A stretch of 64,000 nucleotides of DNA from the human T2T-CHM13v2.0 reference genome, Homo sapiens, in assembly GCF_009914755.1 (NCBI RefSeq), contig NC_060926.1, one strand, 5' to 3'. The position numbers and the translations under genes are program-made. Below, piece after piece: positions 1-16,044 of this stretch (within the stretch, counting starts at the first letter, position 1; every line of letters starts with the position of its first letter). The notes beneath the pieces are model-generated. The model worked only from the letters and a program-made list of their open reading frames with translations, ran no database searches and was not told the origin of the DNA.

Positions 1-74
1 CTTCTGCCATTTTTTCAAATGTCAGGATGCCAGAACACATATGGGGTAATGTGTTCTGAACCCCATAGATACCT

Positions 75-385
75 TTTTGCTGCTATGAATAATGCCTCTA
101 TGAACATTTGGGTACAGGTTTTTGCGTGGACATATGTTTTCATCTGTCTTGGCATATACTCAGGAGTTGAATTCCTGGGTCATGTGGTAACAGCTTAAGG
201 AACTACTAGACTATTTTCCAAAGTGGCTGTACTATTTTACATTCTTATTAGCAGTGTTCGAGGGTTTCAATTTCTCCACATCCTGGCCAGCACTGGCCAT
301 AATCCGACTTTCTAATTCTAACCATTCTAATGAGTGTGAAATGGTATATCATTGCGGTTTTGATTTGTGTTTCCCTGATAACTAA
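75..385 (-). mobile_element. Old L1 (L1M-type) fragment
   Basis: Antisense L1 motifs (ctatgaataatgcc...ttccaaagtggctgtactatttta...cattgcggttttgatttg). Confidence 0.75.
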
Positions 386-1264
386 TGCGTATTTACATAT
401 TTAGCCTTTTTTTTTTCCAGTCACAATTTGAATATATTTAGGGGGAAACAAAGAATAATGTTTTGAATTGCTGTAAAAAGAAATCTTTTTCTCTGAAAAT
501 AAGGTCACTTTCTCCACTATAACATTTTATACAAATAGAAAACCGCAATTTAGATGCTGAATACAAATATAAACATAAGAAGGAATAGGGGATAGAAAAG
601 GAACAGTTCTTAGTTTGAAACTTGTTTTAGTTTCTTATAAACAATATATTGCCTTCTATAAAAAAACATTATAAGGTACTTAATTATATATACATTCCAT
701 AAAGTCTCATGCAGAATTTTCTAGACCATTATGGATGTGGTATCCTTTGTTTGCCGCAATGTGGGAGATACCTTGTAATTAATTATGTAGTACTTTGTAT
801 TTTTGCGGTGTTTTATCATATATTATCTTTTGTTTCTTATAATAACCTTATGGAATAGATAGAGGTGATATTAAATATACACTGCTAACAAATCTAGTAT
901 CTGAGAACCCTTCTACTTAGTGAATATTTTAAGAACAGTGGTAAAAAATTAATGGAAAGCAGGGCATTGGGGAACCATTGAAACATTTTAAAAGGGGAGT
1001 GATGTAGTCAGAAGATAGCCAAAAGAATGTATCTAAAGGTCAAAGTGGGGTGAGGAACACTGTTATAGTGAATCTTTATGAAAGAAAAACTTTCCAGTGC
1101 TGGTCACTGGTTGATTTGTTTCAAATAGTATTGAATGTAACCCAACTCAAGTGAATTGAAAGAACTTTCAGTAGTCTCTTTTAGAGCTTTACTAATTCAG
1201 TGTGTTTTATGGGCTTAGCACGCTTTTGTTATGCCACTCTGCTAACTTACTCAGCTTATTTTAA

Positions 1265-1403
1265 AGGCAGGTAGTATCAGTTCCTCTGGGAAACTATTAC
1301 AAATGCAGAATCCTGAGTCCCACGCCAGAGTACTGGATAAGAATGTACATTTTAACAAGACTCCAAAATGATTTGTATGGCCGTTAAATTTTGAGAAGCA
1401 GTG
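1265..1403. mobile_element. MER5-family hAT MITE fragment
   Basis: aaatgcagaatcctgag...cattttaacaag...tttgagaagcagtg. Confidence 0.6.
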
Positions 1404-1847
1404 TTTGGTTTCTTTAGTATATTTTATTTGGATTTGATTAACAGATGGAATTTATCTTTAAAATTTAGAGGTTAACAATTGGGGGGAAAACTTTGAAAAT
1501 ATAAACATGTACAGTGCAAAAGGGCTAAATGAAGGCCACTGGTTTACATACTGGGTGAGAATTAGTTAAATGGTATAGATATTTTGTTTCAGAGGCCTAG
1601 AGAATGTCTAAAATTAATATAAGGATTTAAATAATAAAGATATTATAGCGAAAATTAATGGTGAAATGAAACCTTTTACTACAGATGGAGGTGTTCTGTG
1701 CTACAAATAGGACACTATTTATAGTGGAATGTGAAACCATTTGAATATCCTATATCTTCGTTTGACAGTTTAGCAGACTTGCTTATAGCTGACTTTATCC
1801 CTTAGATGCTATACAATGATTAATTTCTAGGTGTGTAGCATGGTTTC

Positions 1848-1942
1848 TTTATATATACAGAGAGAGATATGTATATATGTGTATATATAGTCTCTTTATA
1901 TATATCTATATATCTCTCTATATAATAGTCTATATATATGTA
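1848..1942. repeat. TA/TC-rich low-complexity tract
   Basis: Visible tatatata/tctct runs. Confidence 0.85.
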
Positions 1943-1959
1943 CATTTCCTTTGAATAGA

Positions 1960-3330
1960 TAGTGCATACACATGGTTAAAAAATCAAAATACTGTAAAAA
2001 GGTATACAATGAAAAGTCTGGTTCACATTCCTTCATCATTTTTGCTTTCTATTAGTAGCTCCTTTTCCTGTTTTGAATGCAAATAAGTAGTTATATTAGT
2101 TTTCATCGAATTTCTTTATTCAAATACAAATACAAAAGATAGCATAAATAACACTATATTCTGTACCTTGCTTTTTTTCTTTAAACAACGTATCTGTCAG
2201 ATCTTCCCATATGAGGAGGCTTTCTTTGTGATGATATTTTAATGGCTGTATAATATCCTATTGTAGGATTACTAAAATTCATTTAACCAATCCTCTACTG
2301 ATGGATATTTGTGATTTTTCAGTCTTTTGATTTGAACCACTATGTATATAAGACATTTTCATAATGTGTGCAGATATATCTATTAAATCCCCAGAAATGG
2401 GATTCTGGGTCAAAGGGCAAATGTACGTGGTTAGGTATTCCCAAAATGCTCTCTAAGAGCATTTTGCCATTGTGAAAGATGAAAAGTGATACCTTGTTGG
2501 AATTTTTAACTTTCCATATGTTAAAGGGCCTTTTGTATTTACATTTTGTGAACTGTTTGTTCATAATCTTTGTCTATTTAAAAAATTGGATTATTTGGTC
2601 TTATATTTAGTGATCTCTAAGAGCTCAATATTATTTTGGAGAAAATGAGCTTTTTGTTATACACAGAAGTACTTTTTACTCAGTTATTTTCATTGCTTTT
2701 TCTTTTCAATATGTAGATTTTGGATCTGTCAATCTTTAATTTTATGTCTTCTGCATTTTGAGCCATGAATAAAAAGTTCTTTCTTACCTCAGAGTTTTAA
2801 AGGGAAGCTCATGTTTTCTTCAAGTATTTCATATATATCTATATATCTATATCTATATCTATATCATCTATATCTATATCTATATCTATATACTCAAGTC
2901 TTGATTCATTTGGTGTTTGTCTTGGTGTATAATGTAACATATGGTTTCAACTTTTTATTTTTTTTTTCCAGGTGGCTACTCAATCTTCCTAACATTTTTT
3001 AAGAAATCTATTTCGTCCCTAATGTTAAGACATGATTTATCATCTGCTACTGCATTTCTAAATGTATTTGGGTCTACTTATTGATTTTCTGTTTTGTTCC
3101 ATTGGTTTGTCTGTCCATAGGCCTATGCTACTCTGATTTAATTATTAAGATTTTTAATATCTGGTAAGGTTAGTAATTCTTTACTAATTTTTTTGCAGAG
3201 TTTTCCTGGATATTCTTGTTCATTTTTCATATTAACTCCAGAATCAACTTGTCTGGTTCAATATAAAACCCTGTTGGTATTTTCATTGAGATCACATTAA
3301 ATTAATAAAATTTGTTATTTTAATGATGCT
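1960..3330 (-). mobile_element. Highly diverged L1ME-type remnant
   Basis: Scattered antisense L1 motifs (atttaaccaatcctctactgatgg, gggattctgggtcaaaggg, ctgttggtattttcattgaga). Confidence 0.6.
2830..2892. repeat. (CTATAT)n microsatellite
   Basis: About 10 imperfect hexamer units. Confidence 0.9.
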
Positions 3331-3970
3331 GGGGAGGAATAGATTGCAATTTTAGATGGAGTGTCTAGGGGGGCCTTATTGAGAATGTAATAGGGTAAAG
3401 ATCAGAAGGAAGTAAGGGAATGAACTGTGAGGATATTAGAGCGTAAGCATTTTGAACAGAAAGAACAAGAAATACAAAAGTCCTGAGGTAGGAGTATGCC
3501 TGTGTGTTCAGGGAACAGTGCAGAGGCCAGAGCAGTAAGTGAGGAAAAATGAAGGATTTTGTAGTCCATTGTAAGGACTTTAGTTTTTGGATGGGAAGTC
3601 ATTGGAGAGTTTCGACAAGAGAAATGACATCTGATTTATGTTTTTAGCAGACACTCTGGGTATCCTGTTTATAGTAGACTGAAGTGGGTGTTGTCAGGGA
3701 ACAAGGGTAAAAACAGGAACTAGTTATGAGGCTGTTGTATTGACCTGGGCAAGAGAAGATGATGGCTGAGATAAGAGTAACAGTAGTGGAAGTGGTAGAA
3801 GTTTTTGGAATATGAATATGTTTTGTAGGTAGAACTAACACTTACTGATGGATCTGGATATGGGATGTAAGTAGCAAGCATAAAGAATACCTCTAAGATT
3901 TTTGACTTGAGCTCTTAGAAGAATAAGTGGTCATTTCCCAGTGAGATGGGGAAGATTGTGAGGTTTGGGG
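3330..3970. mobile_element. L2 LINE fragment
   Basis: gatgggaagtcattggagagttt...gacatctgatttatgtttt...cttactgatggatctggatatggg. Confidence 0.65.
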
Positions 3971-4009
3971 AAGACAGTATAAGTGTCATAGTTGTAAACT
4001 CTGAGATGG

Positions 4010-4037
<28 letters not shown>
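4010..4037. repeat. (GT)n microsatellite
   Basis: About 14 perfect GT units. Confidence 0.95.
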
Positions 4038-4041
<4 letters not shown>

Positions 4042-5362
4042 CACAGTCTTTAATATTTTTTCTGGAGTTTTAAAAAATCTAATATGCAATAGTTTTATTA
4101 AATACTTTTTCAACACAATTAGAGGTGATTATATGATTTGTCAGTAACTGAAGTAATATGATTTTTATATTAATAAGTTCCTAACATTGAACTATTGTTG
4201 TATATCTAGAAAAAATATAGTCACTAGATAAAGGTACCACAATTAGTTGTTGCTTCTGTTGTTCTCCTAATGCTGCTTATATTTTATTACCTGTGCTGAG
4301 TTTGGGATGTTTGTTGTCACCGTTGTATTCCCGAGAGATTTTTAAGACACGTGCAAGTGACTGTGCAAGACAATTTGGGAATAAAACTCAGAAAAAATTT
4401 ATTAGGACTTTAAAACCCCCCCACAAAAATAGGGGTTTATCCTGTGTGTTTTCTTATGCTTCACAAAATGCATCTGAATACCAGTCACAGCCTTTGTTCT
4501 TGGATTTGACTATTTGTAGTCAACAACTAGGTTTAAATTTTACTCTTGATCTCAGATCATATATTCCTAGGGCTTTTAAATAGTCACTTGCAGTTTACTT
4601 AGAGGTAGCAATGATTTTATGGCTTGTTACCTCTTGAAGTATTAAAATTTCTTATTTTTTATTGTGTCTGTGTCTAGGCTGATTTATGGAATCTAGAAAA
4701 CAGCCAGCAGAGTCTTACAGATTATAAGCTGTATATTCTGACCTTGTTCAGTGCTTTATTGGGACTTTCTTCCTCATGATGAAGTATCACTTTTTCATTT
4801 CTGATAATATTGGCTACATCTTCCCTGTTTATTCCTTTGCAGACATACTGGACTCTGTGCTGTTCTTGAACAATCCAGGCATGCCCCTCTTTAGGACTGT
4901 TCACTTCTATTCCTTTTATCTGGAATGCTCCTGAGTCAATATCTGCCTTGCTTTACTCCTTACCTTCTTCAAGTTTTTGCTCAAGTGTCACCTCAAATGA
5001 CAGCTTAATATTCTACATAATTTACTTATGTATTAGGTTTCTGTCCTTCCCTATTAAAATGTAAACTCTTAAAAGGCAGGGATTTTTTTTTGGTTTTACA
5101 TATACAGGATGTGTGTTTTTATATATAATATATACAGTATAGAAATATATGTATCTTAAACTAATATATTTCCAGTGCCTAAAACAGTGTCTAACACATA
5201 GGAACTCAAATGTTTATGGAATAAACAAACTATCTTGAGGAGATTTTAGTTTTAAGGCACTCACATTTCGGGTGAGAATAATCCCATTTACTGTAGCAGA
5301 GAAATGCAGGTGATCCTTTAACTTGTAAAATTAATTAATGTAAACTACTTTTCTCCCTCCAG

Positions 5363-5470
5363 ATTCATCGAAGCAAGAACAAATGGAAATTCTATTTGAA
5401 AGATGGTGTTATGTGTTTTGGAGGGAGAGACTATGTATTTGCAAAAGCCATTGGTGATGCAGAGTGGTAA
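5363..5470 (+). CDS. GTF2A1L: GTF2A1L (ALF, TFIIA alpha/beta-like factor) final coding exon; shared with STON1-GTF2A1L
   Basis: Polypyrimidine tract + AG (ttttctccctccag), then phase-0 frame IHRSKNKWKFYLKDGVMCFGGRDYVFAKAIGDAEW* ending TAA at 5470; matches the conserved TFIIA-beta C-terminus. Confidence 0.96.
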   Translation: MHRSKNKWKFYLKDGVMCFGGRDYVFAKAIGDAEW

Positions 5471-5599
5471 ACCTTGTGAGCTCAGTACATCTATTTTGTG
5501 AACATCAGTTGGACTATATTGCATATTGTGAATTCATTTTTATTTTGAATATAGTCCAGCACAGAGCTGTTCAAATTTTTAGTTCACTGTATGGAATTT

Positions 5600-5605
5600 A
5601 ATAAA
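5600..5605 (+). terminator. GTF2A1L: GTF2A1L polyadenylation signal
   Basis: AATAAA 130 nt after the stop, followed by a U/GU-rich stretch (tatgtattttgttttatgtc, ~5643-5662). Confidence 0.85.
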
Positions 5606-8234
5606 ATTATAATTCAGATGCAGATACAATTACACAATTTTATATGTATTTTGTTTTATGTCTTAACAGGGTTTTTTAAAACTCTCATTCTATACCATTA
5701 CAAAGCATAGATGCATCAGGATAATGGAACATGAAGAAGTATCACATTTCTTTTTTCTTGAAGTAAAATTTAAATCACACTTCAGTTCCCCTTCATGGTA
5801 AAGTCAGTATCAGTTATTAGATTGGGATCAGCATTCCTCCCACCTCTCACCAAACCATGTTATAGAACGTCCTTGGGAGTCTTTTAAGTAGTGGGATATT
5901 CAAGAAGGCGTCTTTGGGTTTTAATTCTGTACTGATCACTGGAAGTATGTTGACTGTTTAAGCCCAGATAGTCCTCTGGAGGCAGGCGCCTATACTATTA
6001 TTTGAACATGAAAATCTTCGCTGAGGCTAGGATCCCTGTAGCTAAGGATCAGCCTCTCTGGACTTATCATTTGGCTAGGCCATTCTTCTTTATATTTCTG
6101 GGGAATTGTGAGGAAGTAGGTTAGGTTCCTGTTCTACTTCTTGAAATTTCATATGTCTGTATTTTTCCTAATCATGGTGCGTTTTTTTTCTCTCTCCCTA
6201 CTTTTTCTGTTTTTCGTGCGGTGGAAGACCCCTTTGCAAACCCTTTCCTCTTCAAAGGCAGTACCTCACTCTCTTTTTCTTAACAGGGATCTCCTTCATT
6301 GATTTTAGGCTTTCTGAAACAAAAGTCAAGAAGAGATGTTCTCTTCAGGAATTTCTGCTTTGGCAGTCTCATTTGAGATACGGAGGACTGGATAACTGTC
6401 TTGAAATCACAGAGAGAAAACAAAACATCAGATAAATAGCCCTCATTTTCCTGTGGCAATAAAAACCAAAGCAAATTAATATTCCGATAAGTTATTCTAT
6501 AATACTCTTTTCCTTAGTAGATTCACGTCTCTCAAAGAAATATTTTCCCCATCACTCTGCTGCTCTTAACAGGTGGGGCACATATGGTCTGTAAGTCTAG
6601 GAGCTCTGTTTTTATCCCTGAATGGTGTTTTTAAGGACAGTAACTGTCATAAAAAGAGCAGTGCAGGGATGAGTAGGTTATGGCCTATTAAAGCTCCTTA
6701 AGGATTCGATGCCTGGATCTGACTGGTTACAGGGCAAATTCCCTGTATCTTTTTGGAAAGCAACCCTATTGGGGAGTTTAATTTTTTTCCAACACTTTTC
6801 TGTCCTACCCAGGAGGCTCAGCTATTGGTATATCTTCTTGAAATCTGGATGGATCTCCTCTGGGTCCTGGGCAATGTGGATGGGGTATTGTCTCCAGCCT
6901 AAAGTAGGCAGCTGCATGAGGATTCAGTTAGTACTAGTGAGTGGGCTGGTCCCCTAACTGTATTCTCCCACTAGGCCCTCTTCATCCTTAGAGTGATTGA
7001 CCTTTTCCTTATTACCAGTGCTATTCTAGATCCTTCTCTGGATCTTGAGAACTCCCAGGAGCTGTGGGTTCTTTTCAAGGGTGTTGCCTTCCATGAAATG
7101 TCTGTATTCTCTACATGGAAAGCAAAAAGAGAGCCCTTTGCATCTGTCTCTGAAATGTACCCACTCCAGGGCTGAGGAGTGTACTTTCTTCTTCCTGTTT
7201 TCTTTCAGGCCCACCCAGTCATTCTGTATTTTCCCCAGGCAAATTTTATTGCAAATTAAGGGCTGAATTTATTGATAAGGTGTACACACCTGGGAACTGG
7301 GAATTAATGTGTTGGTTCAAGTGCCTGGGGGAGGCAATAATATTTGTTTCTAAAATTCTTTTCCTCTTTTTCACTGTGAACTTTAAAATCTCATTTTACT
7401 TTAGTGATTTTTTAAATGGTATATTACAAATACTGTTATGATATTGGGCCTCTTTATTTGTGTAGTATACTTTATCATTAAAGAATTAGTCATGGTTGTT
7501 CCATTTGTGTTTCTGCTTGCCCTCATGCCCCTCATCTTTTAAAAATGCAAAAAATCAATTTAAATGTACGCTTATCACAAAACAATAATAAGAATTTTCC
7601 TTGCATGCTAACATAAACCAATTACATAGTTTCACTGGTGACTACAGAGAGAATTAAGAGATCACCAAATTATTTTGGATCTGTTACCTTTTTATTGGTC
7701 TCAGATAATGCTAGGAAAAATCCTAGTTCTTGAGAAGTCATCTGAACAGTGACTTTAACATTTTTTGGCCAGAATCTACCCTAAGAAATACAGTTTAACA
7801 ACTCAGTATATATTTGCATGTCTACTGACACACATAACACAAATGAAACAAAAGTTTCAGAAAATCATGCTGCCTTTAGCATATGATAGCCTTCCCGACA
7901 TCATCTATTTGATTCTGTTTTGTTTCATTAAAAAAATTGATGGTGTTGACCCACTAAATTGATTTCACTACCTACATTTTTAACCTGTGTAGTAAAGATA
8001 GGGTGAGACACTAGTTAATTTTAAAAGAGAAAATTATTCTTTAAAAGCCCTGTAAGTCAAGAGAGTTTACCTGAGACTTGGCTTTGATATCATATTACTT
8101 TTACTTTCAGGAACCTCTTTATTATGTCCGAGGTAAACATTTCCTATTGCATTTTTATAACAAAATACTCTAAGTTTCTTAAGTTCTTATAAAGACAGTC
8201 TCTTGGCAAATGTCATTTCTAAGCTCTTTTATAG

Positions 8235-8738
<504 letters not shown>

Positions 8739-9939
8739 TATGCTATAGCTCTTTCCTACATACTTTCTTCTTTTCTCTGTAGACTAAGAAGATCTTGCTG
8801 AGTTCGTACAGTTAGTCTCTTAGGGACTGACCAACTGACCTTGTCTGGTACATTTACCTATTTTATTCGATGTGCAGAACACCTCAGTCATGGCTATAAT
8901 ATATGTAAATAATCACCTCTGTAGCTCAGTCTCCATAGAGCAGCAAGAAATCTATTGACACACTCAGTTTCAGTCACTTAGGTTGTGTAGGAAAAAGAAT
9001 AACTTTTAGAGTGAATAGCATTAGTTAATTGTCGTGGGTAAAAAGGGAGGGGATTTAGTGGGAGATTTTATTTTGACTCATATTAGTAGGTTAATATTAT
9101 CCTGGTTTTCATGTAAATACACACTAAGCCAGGTGAGAATGTTGTGATTTATAACTAGAAAGCTAAATTATAAGTAGAAAGCCCTAGGTAATAACTCTTA
9201 GGGGGAAAAAGATAAAAATATTGCTCATTTTGAGGAAAACATTATTTCTAATTATAAACACATTTATTGAAATATTTGTGACAGAGATTCTTAATTTACA
9301 TGTGGACCCACTACAATTTGAGGAAACCAAAATCATGCCTTTTACAGCAAATGTTATAAATGGAGGAAAAAATACCATTGCCCTTTAAAATCATTTTGTA
9401 AATTTAGATGAGTTATTCCAGATGAATTAACCCCTCTTAGCCATTTTGCAACCTACTAGTGATAATATCAAATGTTGGTTAAAAAATACAAAATAGAAAT
9501 ATAAATTTATCAAGTATTGCATTTTTATGATTTAGGTATGAGAGATTATACAGAATAAGGATACACGTTTTCTATGAGACCATCTCATATAGGAAATGCT
9601 TCTTAACTAGGACAATTTTATTTTCAGTTATAAAAGTGAATCAGCTAAAAAATTATTAATCATCTATGATGTGTAAGACTCTAGATATAGTTGGAAACAG
9701 AGATGAGTGTATCACTAAAAAAACTCCTATCATAGGTGAATAAGTGGTGTGCTTGTAAAGATAATTAATAATACCCAGCAGTGTAGGGTAAGAGACAAAT
9801 GAGTGATGCAGAGGACAAATGTTAAAGAAGTCCAAAGAGAGAGACCACTGTGGGTTATACATTATTTATGCCCTACTTTATTTTGGATAAAGGAAGAGTC
9901 TTGACTATAGTAGATTAAGGAGAAAGTAAAGAGAGTTTA

Positions 9940-10270
<331 letters not shown>

Positions 10271-10699
10271 GATAAAAAAGATGAACCTATGGTTGTTTTA
10301 GGGCCTTAAAGGATGCAGGGAAGGACAGGTAAGGGGTAAGATATTCAGACAGTGAGAATGGCATGGGCTCCAGCATGGATATTCATAGGGCATGGCTAGG
10401 GAAAAGTGATTAGAACAGTTTGTTTCATGTAGAAAATCAGCAGGAAATAAAGTTAGTAGATTTAAAGTAGATCAGTAGAATTAAAGTTAGAGCTCTCTGA
10501 ATGTTAGGCTAAGCTCTGAAATTTAAATTTATAGGTCTGATGAATTGCTCAGGATTTTTTTTGCAGGTATATAATAAGGTGAAATAGGATTTTATGACAA
10601 TTAATCAGTGGTAGTGGGTATGAGAGTATGGACATGGGAAAGATTGGATAGGAATAAAAATTAGGGAGATACTCCAGGAGTAAGGGGAAAATGATCTGA

Positions 10700-11113
<414 letters not shown>

Positions 11114-11679
11114 TAGCAACTGAAGAATATGGGAATATGGGAATGAGAATGAGGGAGACAATAAACTGTAACTCCATGTGTTAAAACTTATAATGTAGAA
11201 AATAAACATCAGTTTTTGTGCAAAGGTCATGAAAGTTATTGAGAGTATGCGTACAAGTAGCTTGGTCTCAAACTGCATTTGAGTGTGTAATTTAAAGTTT
11301 CTCCGCAAGAATAGATTTTATTTCCCTTTTTTCCTTTGTGCTTTTTTTGCTTACTTAGCTGTTTTGGTTCTGGGATTTATATATGAAACAGAAAGTTTGT
11401 GTTAGGTATACAGCAACATGACTAATTAGTATTCTGTTATATTGCTGAGACAAATTTTAGAACACTAGCTTATGAGAGAGGCCTGCATCTGAATAAAGAC
11501 AAGTAACTTGTTATGCAGCAGAAAAATCAGAAATGTGAAAAACACAGTACAGAGAACAGATTTTATAAAATTTATAATGTTATGATCTCTTTGAATCACT
11601 TTGCACAGTGGCATAAGGATTGAAAACAGATTGGATGTGTAGAGTGTCTAGTTATGTCTATACATTTATATAATAAAAT

Positions 11680-12360
11680 CTCAAAGCTAAAAATTGGAAA
11701 TAACACAGATATTCATTAATAGAAGAATAGAAACAATATTCTATTCATACAATGTAATATTAATCAGCAATATTCAAGCAGTAACATGGATAAGTAGCAA
11801 ACACATTGGGTTGAGTCAAAGAAGCCTTATACAAAAGAGTATATACTATATGATTCTGTTTATATGAAGTTCTAGAACAGACAAACTAATTTGTGGGAGA
11901 AAAATAAAAAACCATCCTTCCCTGTGGGGCTGGGGGTCAGGAATTAACTGGGAAGGGGCATGAGGGAACTTTCTGAGGGTGATGATATTATATTACTATG
12001 CCTTGATAGAAGTTTGGGTCAGAAGTTTGGGTCACATGGTGTATGCATTTCTCAAAACTCATTAAATGGTATGCTTAAGATTCGTCCATTTCATTATATA
12101 TAAATTTTATCTAGAAATGTAAATATCTTGGTTAGTAATAAAAGTGCCAAAATGTTTAGGGCTAAGTACTGATGTCTACAAATTACTCTGAAATGCATCA
12201 AAAATAAGATGAATTGATAAATAATGAATAATTATATACATATGTAATGAAGCTAATGTGGTAAAATATTGTTGAACCTAAGTGGTGCTCTATGGGTGTT
12301 CACTGCACAATTCTTTCAATTTTTCTGCACATTTGAAAAGATAATAAAACGTTGGGGAAA
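11680..12360 (+). mobile_element. Old L1 (L1ME/MC-type) 3' end
   Basis: atactatatgattctgtttatatgaagttctagaacagacaaact...gggtgttcactgcacaattctttcaattttt. Confidence 0.7.
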
Positions 12361-12429
12361 ATTTAAGGAACTTTGAATGCATATTAAACCTTTAGATGAC
12401 TGTTTTACCAATATGGGAGTCAGTAAAAT

Positions 12430-12640
12430 ACAGTGATTAAGAGGCTGGGGTCCTGAATCAGAGCTTTGAGTTTAAATTCTATTAGTTGGATCTTTTATTC
12501 GTTTTGAGAACTTTGACAAATTGTAGGTTTTGCTCTCCTATAAAATGTGAATAGTATCTACATCATAGAGTTTTATGAAGATTAAATGGGTTAAATTATA
12601 TAACGTTTTTCAAGATGTTTGGTATAGAATTAGCTTTCAA
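12430..12640. mobile_element. MIR fragment
   Basis: ctataaaatgtgaatagtatctacatcatagagttttatgaagattaaatg. Confidence 0.6.
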
Positions 12641-12827
12641 TAAGAGTTACTTTAAAAAAGTCAAAGGAGCATATAAAAAACACTGTAGTTAAAACCATAG
12701 TTTTGTTGTCCTATAAGAGACAATTCTAGTAAGTAAAAATATCTTCCAGCAAATATTGAATGTCTTTTCCTATACTCTCCAAAGGATAGAAATGATGAAA
12801 CTTAATTATTTTTAAATATTTAAACAT

Positions 12828-12833
12828 TTTATT
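12828..12833 (-). terminator. LHCGR: LHCGR distal polyadenylation signal
   Basis: tttatt on + (AATAAA on -), ~900 nt past the LHCGR stop. Confidence 0.7.
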
Positions 12834-13121
12834 TCATTCAAATAAAAATATAAGCTCTAGAAAAAATTGTTTTCATTATATGTTTCATAACTTCAGAGTA
12901 ATTCTAACTCAGCACATTTGTAGTGTACCATTGCCAAGATCTTGAGGTAGGAAGCAGGAAAACAAAATGCACTGAGACAGGGTTCCTACTCACGAGGAGT
13001 TTACAGTCTACAGCTTAATGTTTCACTAAGCAAATAGGCTGAAATGTGCTTTCAGATGTTTACCTTAAATTATAAATAAGTAGAATCCAGATAGGGCATA
13101 GATAAAAGTCTCTATAATAGA

Positions 13122-13308
13122 ACAGATAGAACTTTCTGTGGTGATGAAAATATTCTGTGTCTGTGCTGTCCAGTATGGTAAGCACTAGTCACACGTAGCC
13201 ATTGAGAACTTGAAACGTGGCTAGTGCAACTGAGAAACTACATTTCTCATTTTATTTAATTTTAATTTAGCCACATGTGGCTAGTGGCTACCGGATTGGA
13301 CAGTGCAT
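13122..13308 (+). mobile_element. MER3 hAT MITE in the LHCGR 3'UTR
   Basis: atagaactttctgtggtgatgaaaat...agccacatgtggctagtggctaccggattggacagtgca matches recalled MER3 consensus. Confidence 0.85.
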
Positions 13309-13728
13309 CTCTAGAGTGTGTTTTTCAAACTACCTGAGGAAAAAGGCCAGTTATTTTAAATTTCTGATCTGTTATGAACTAATATTTTTATAGAATGCAA
13401 TACAAATTACGAAAATGAAAAAAAAGATATGCAAAATACCTCCTCAGTTTTTTAAAAGATTCATCAAACAAAATTACTGTGTCAAAATTTCTATAAAAAT
13501 TTCTAAAGACTCTCAACTTCAGTATTTATGCCATGTAACAATGACAAATAGTTTTTAGTGTGGCAGTGGTCATAGACTACACTTTCTACTAGGTAGAGGT
13601 CTCTTGCCTAATGTACCTAAAAATAAATAATTTCCTAAATCCAACCCTTTATGTTAAAATTACTGGTACAGGTAATTTTTTTTTACAGGTTTAAGAACAA
13701 TTCAATAATGCAGTTACTGATGTAACAG

Positions 13729-14943
<1,215 letters not shown>

Positions 14944-15081
14944 TTATGTTTCTTTAAAGGCAAAGAAACAAAAGGAAACAAAGCCATAATAGCCTCAGCC
15001 TTACATTTATTTGTTAAATTATTTGAGAACTCTGATTTGATGTAGGAGTACCTTAAGAAGGGAATGAAAAGCCATTTAGAC

Positions 15082-15250
15082 TATATATACACACACATAT
15101 ATACACACATATATACACACATATATATACATATATACACATATATACATATATACACATATATACATATGTACACACATATACATATATACACACATAT
15201 ATACATATATACACATATATATATACTATACATACATACATATATATATA
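15082..15250. repeat. Complex (TA/CA)n microsatellite (catatata/cacatata units)
   Basis: ~170 bp of alternating purine-pyrimidine, 200 bp upstream of the exon 11 acceptor. Confidence 0.95.
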
Positions 15251-15735
15251 ACATTGATACAAAAACTTAATGAAGCTCTTTACAAAGGATGACTTTCTTT
15301 GGAAAACAAGTTTAGAAAGACAATCTATGCTTGGTAAATCTAAAATAATCCTTTCTTGGCATTTTCTTAACTATTTATCTCTCATTTAGTTGCCAACCAA
15401 ACTGCTACCAAGCTGTTCGTATGTAGTAGAACACAAATGGAATTGGAAGGCTCATGTTGTTGAAAGTCATTAGCTACTGGTGGACTTGTTTGCACTTAAG
15501 TCCCTAGCTAATCAAATAGTCCAATAGAGAAATAGAAACCAAGGATAGATTATTAGAAATTTAGGAGCAGAGGAAGAATATAGTTGTGGACAATAGGAAG
15601 AGATGGTGAAAACATTGCTCTTTAGGGGTATGAGTCAAAGACAGAGGGAGGCTTAAGAGGTACTTTGTCCCTAGTGAAAGAACAGTCCTTCCTTTGCCAC
15701 TCCTTTCCAACCCCACTGATACTTCCTGAGTTTAG

Positions 15736-16044
<309 letters not shown>

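Larger units (their letters stand above)
12810..13728 (-). other. LHCGR: LHCGR 3' UTR (3' end approximate)
   Basis: Between stop codon at 13729 and the AATAAA at 12833-12828; AT-rich; contains a MER3. Confidence 0.7.

Noticed and set aside
15053-15270. Y/I/H/T repeat ORFs on both strands
   Set aside because: Microsatellite translation artefacts
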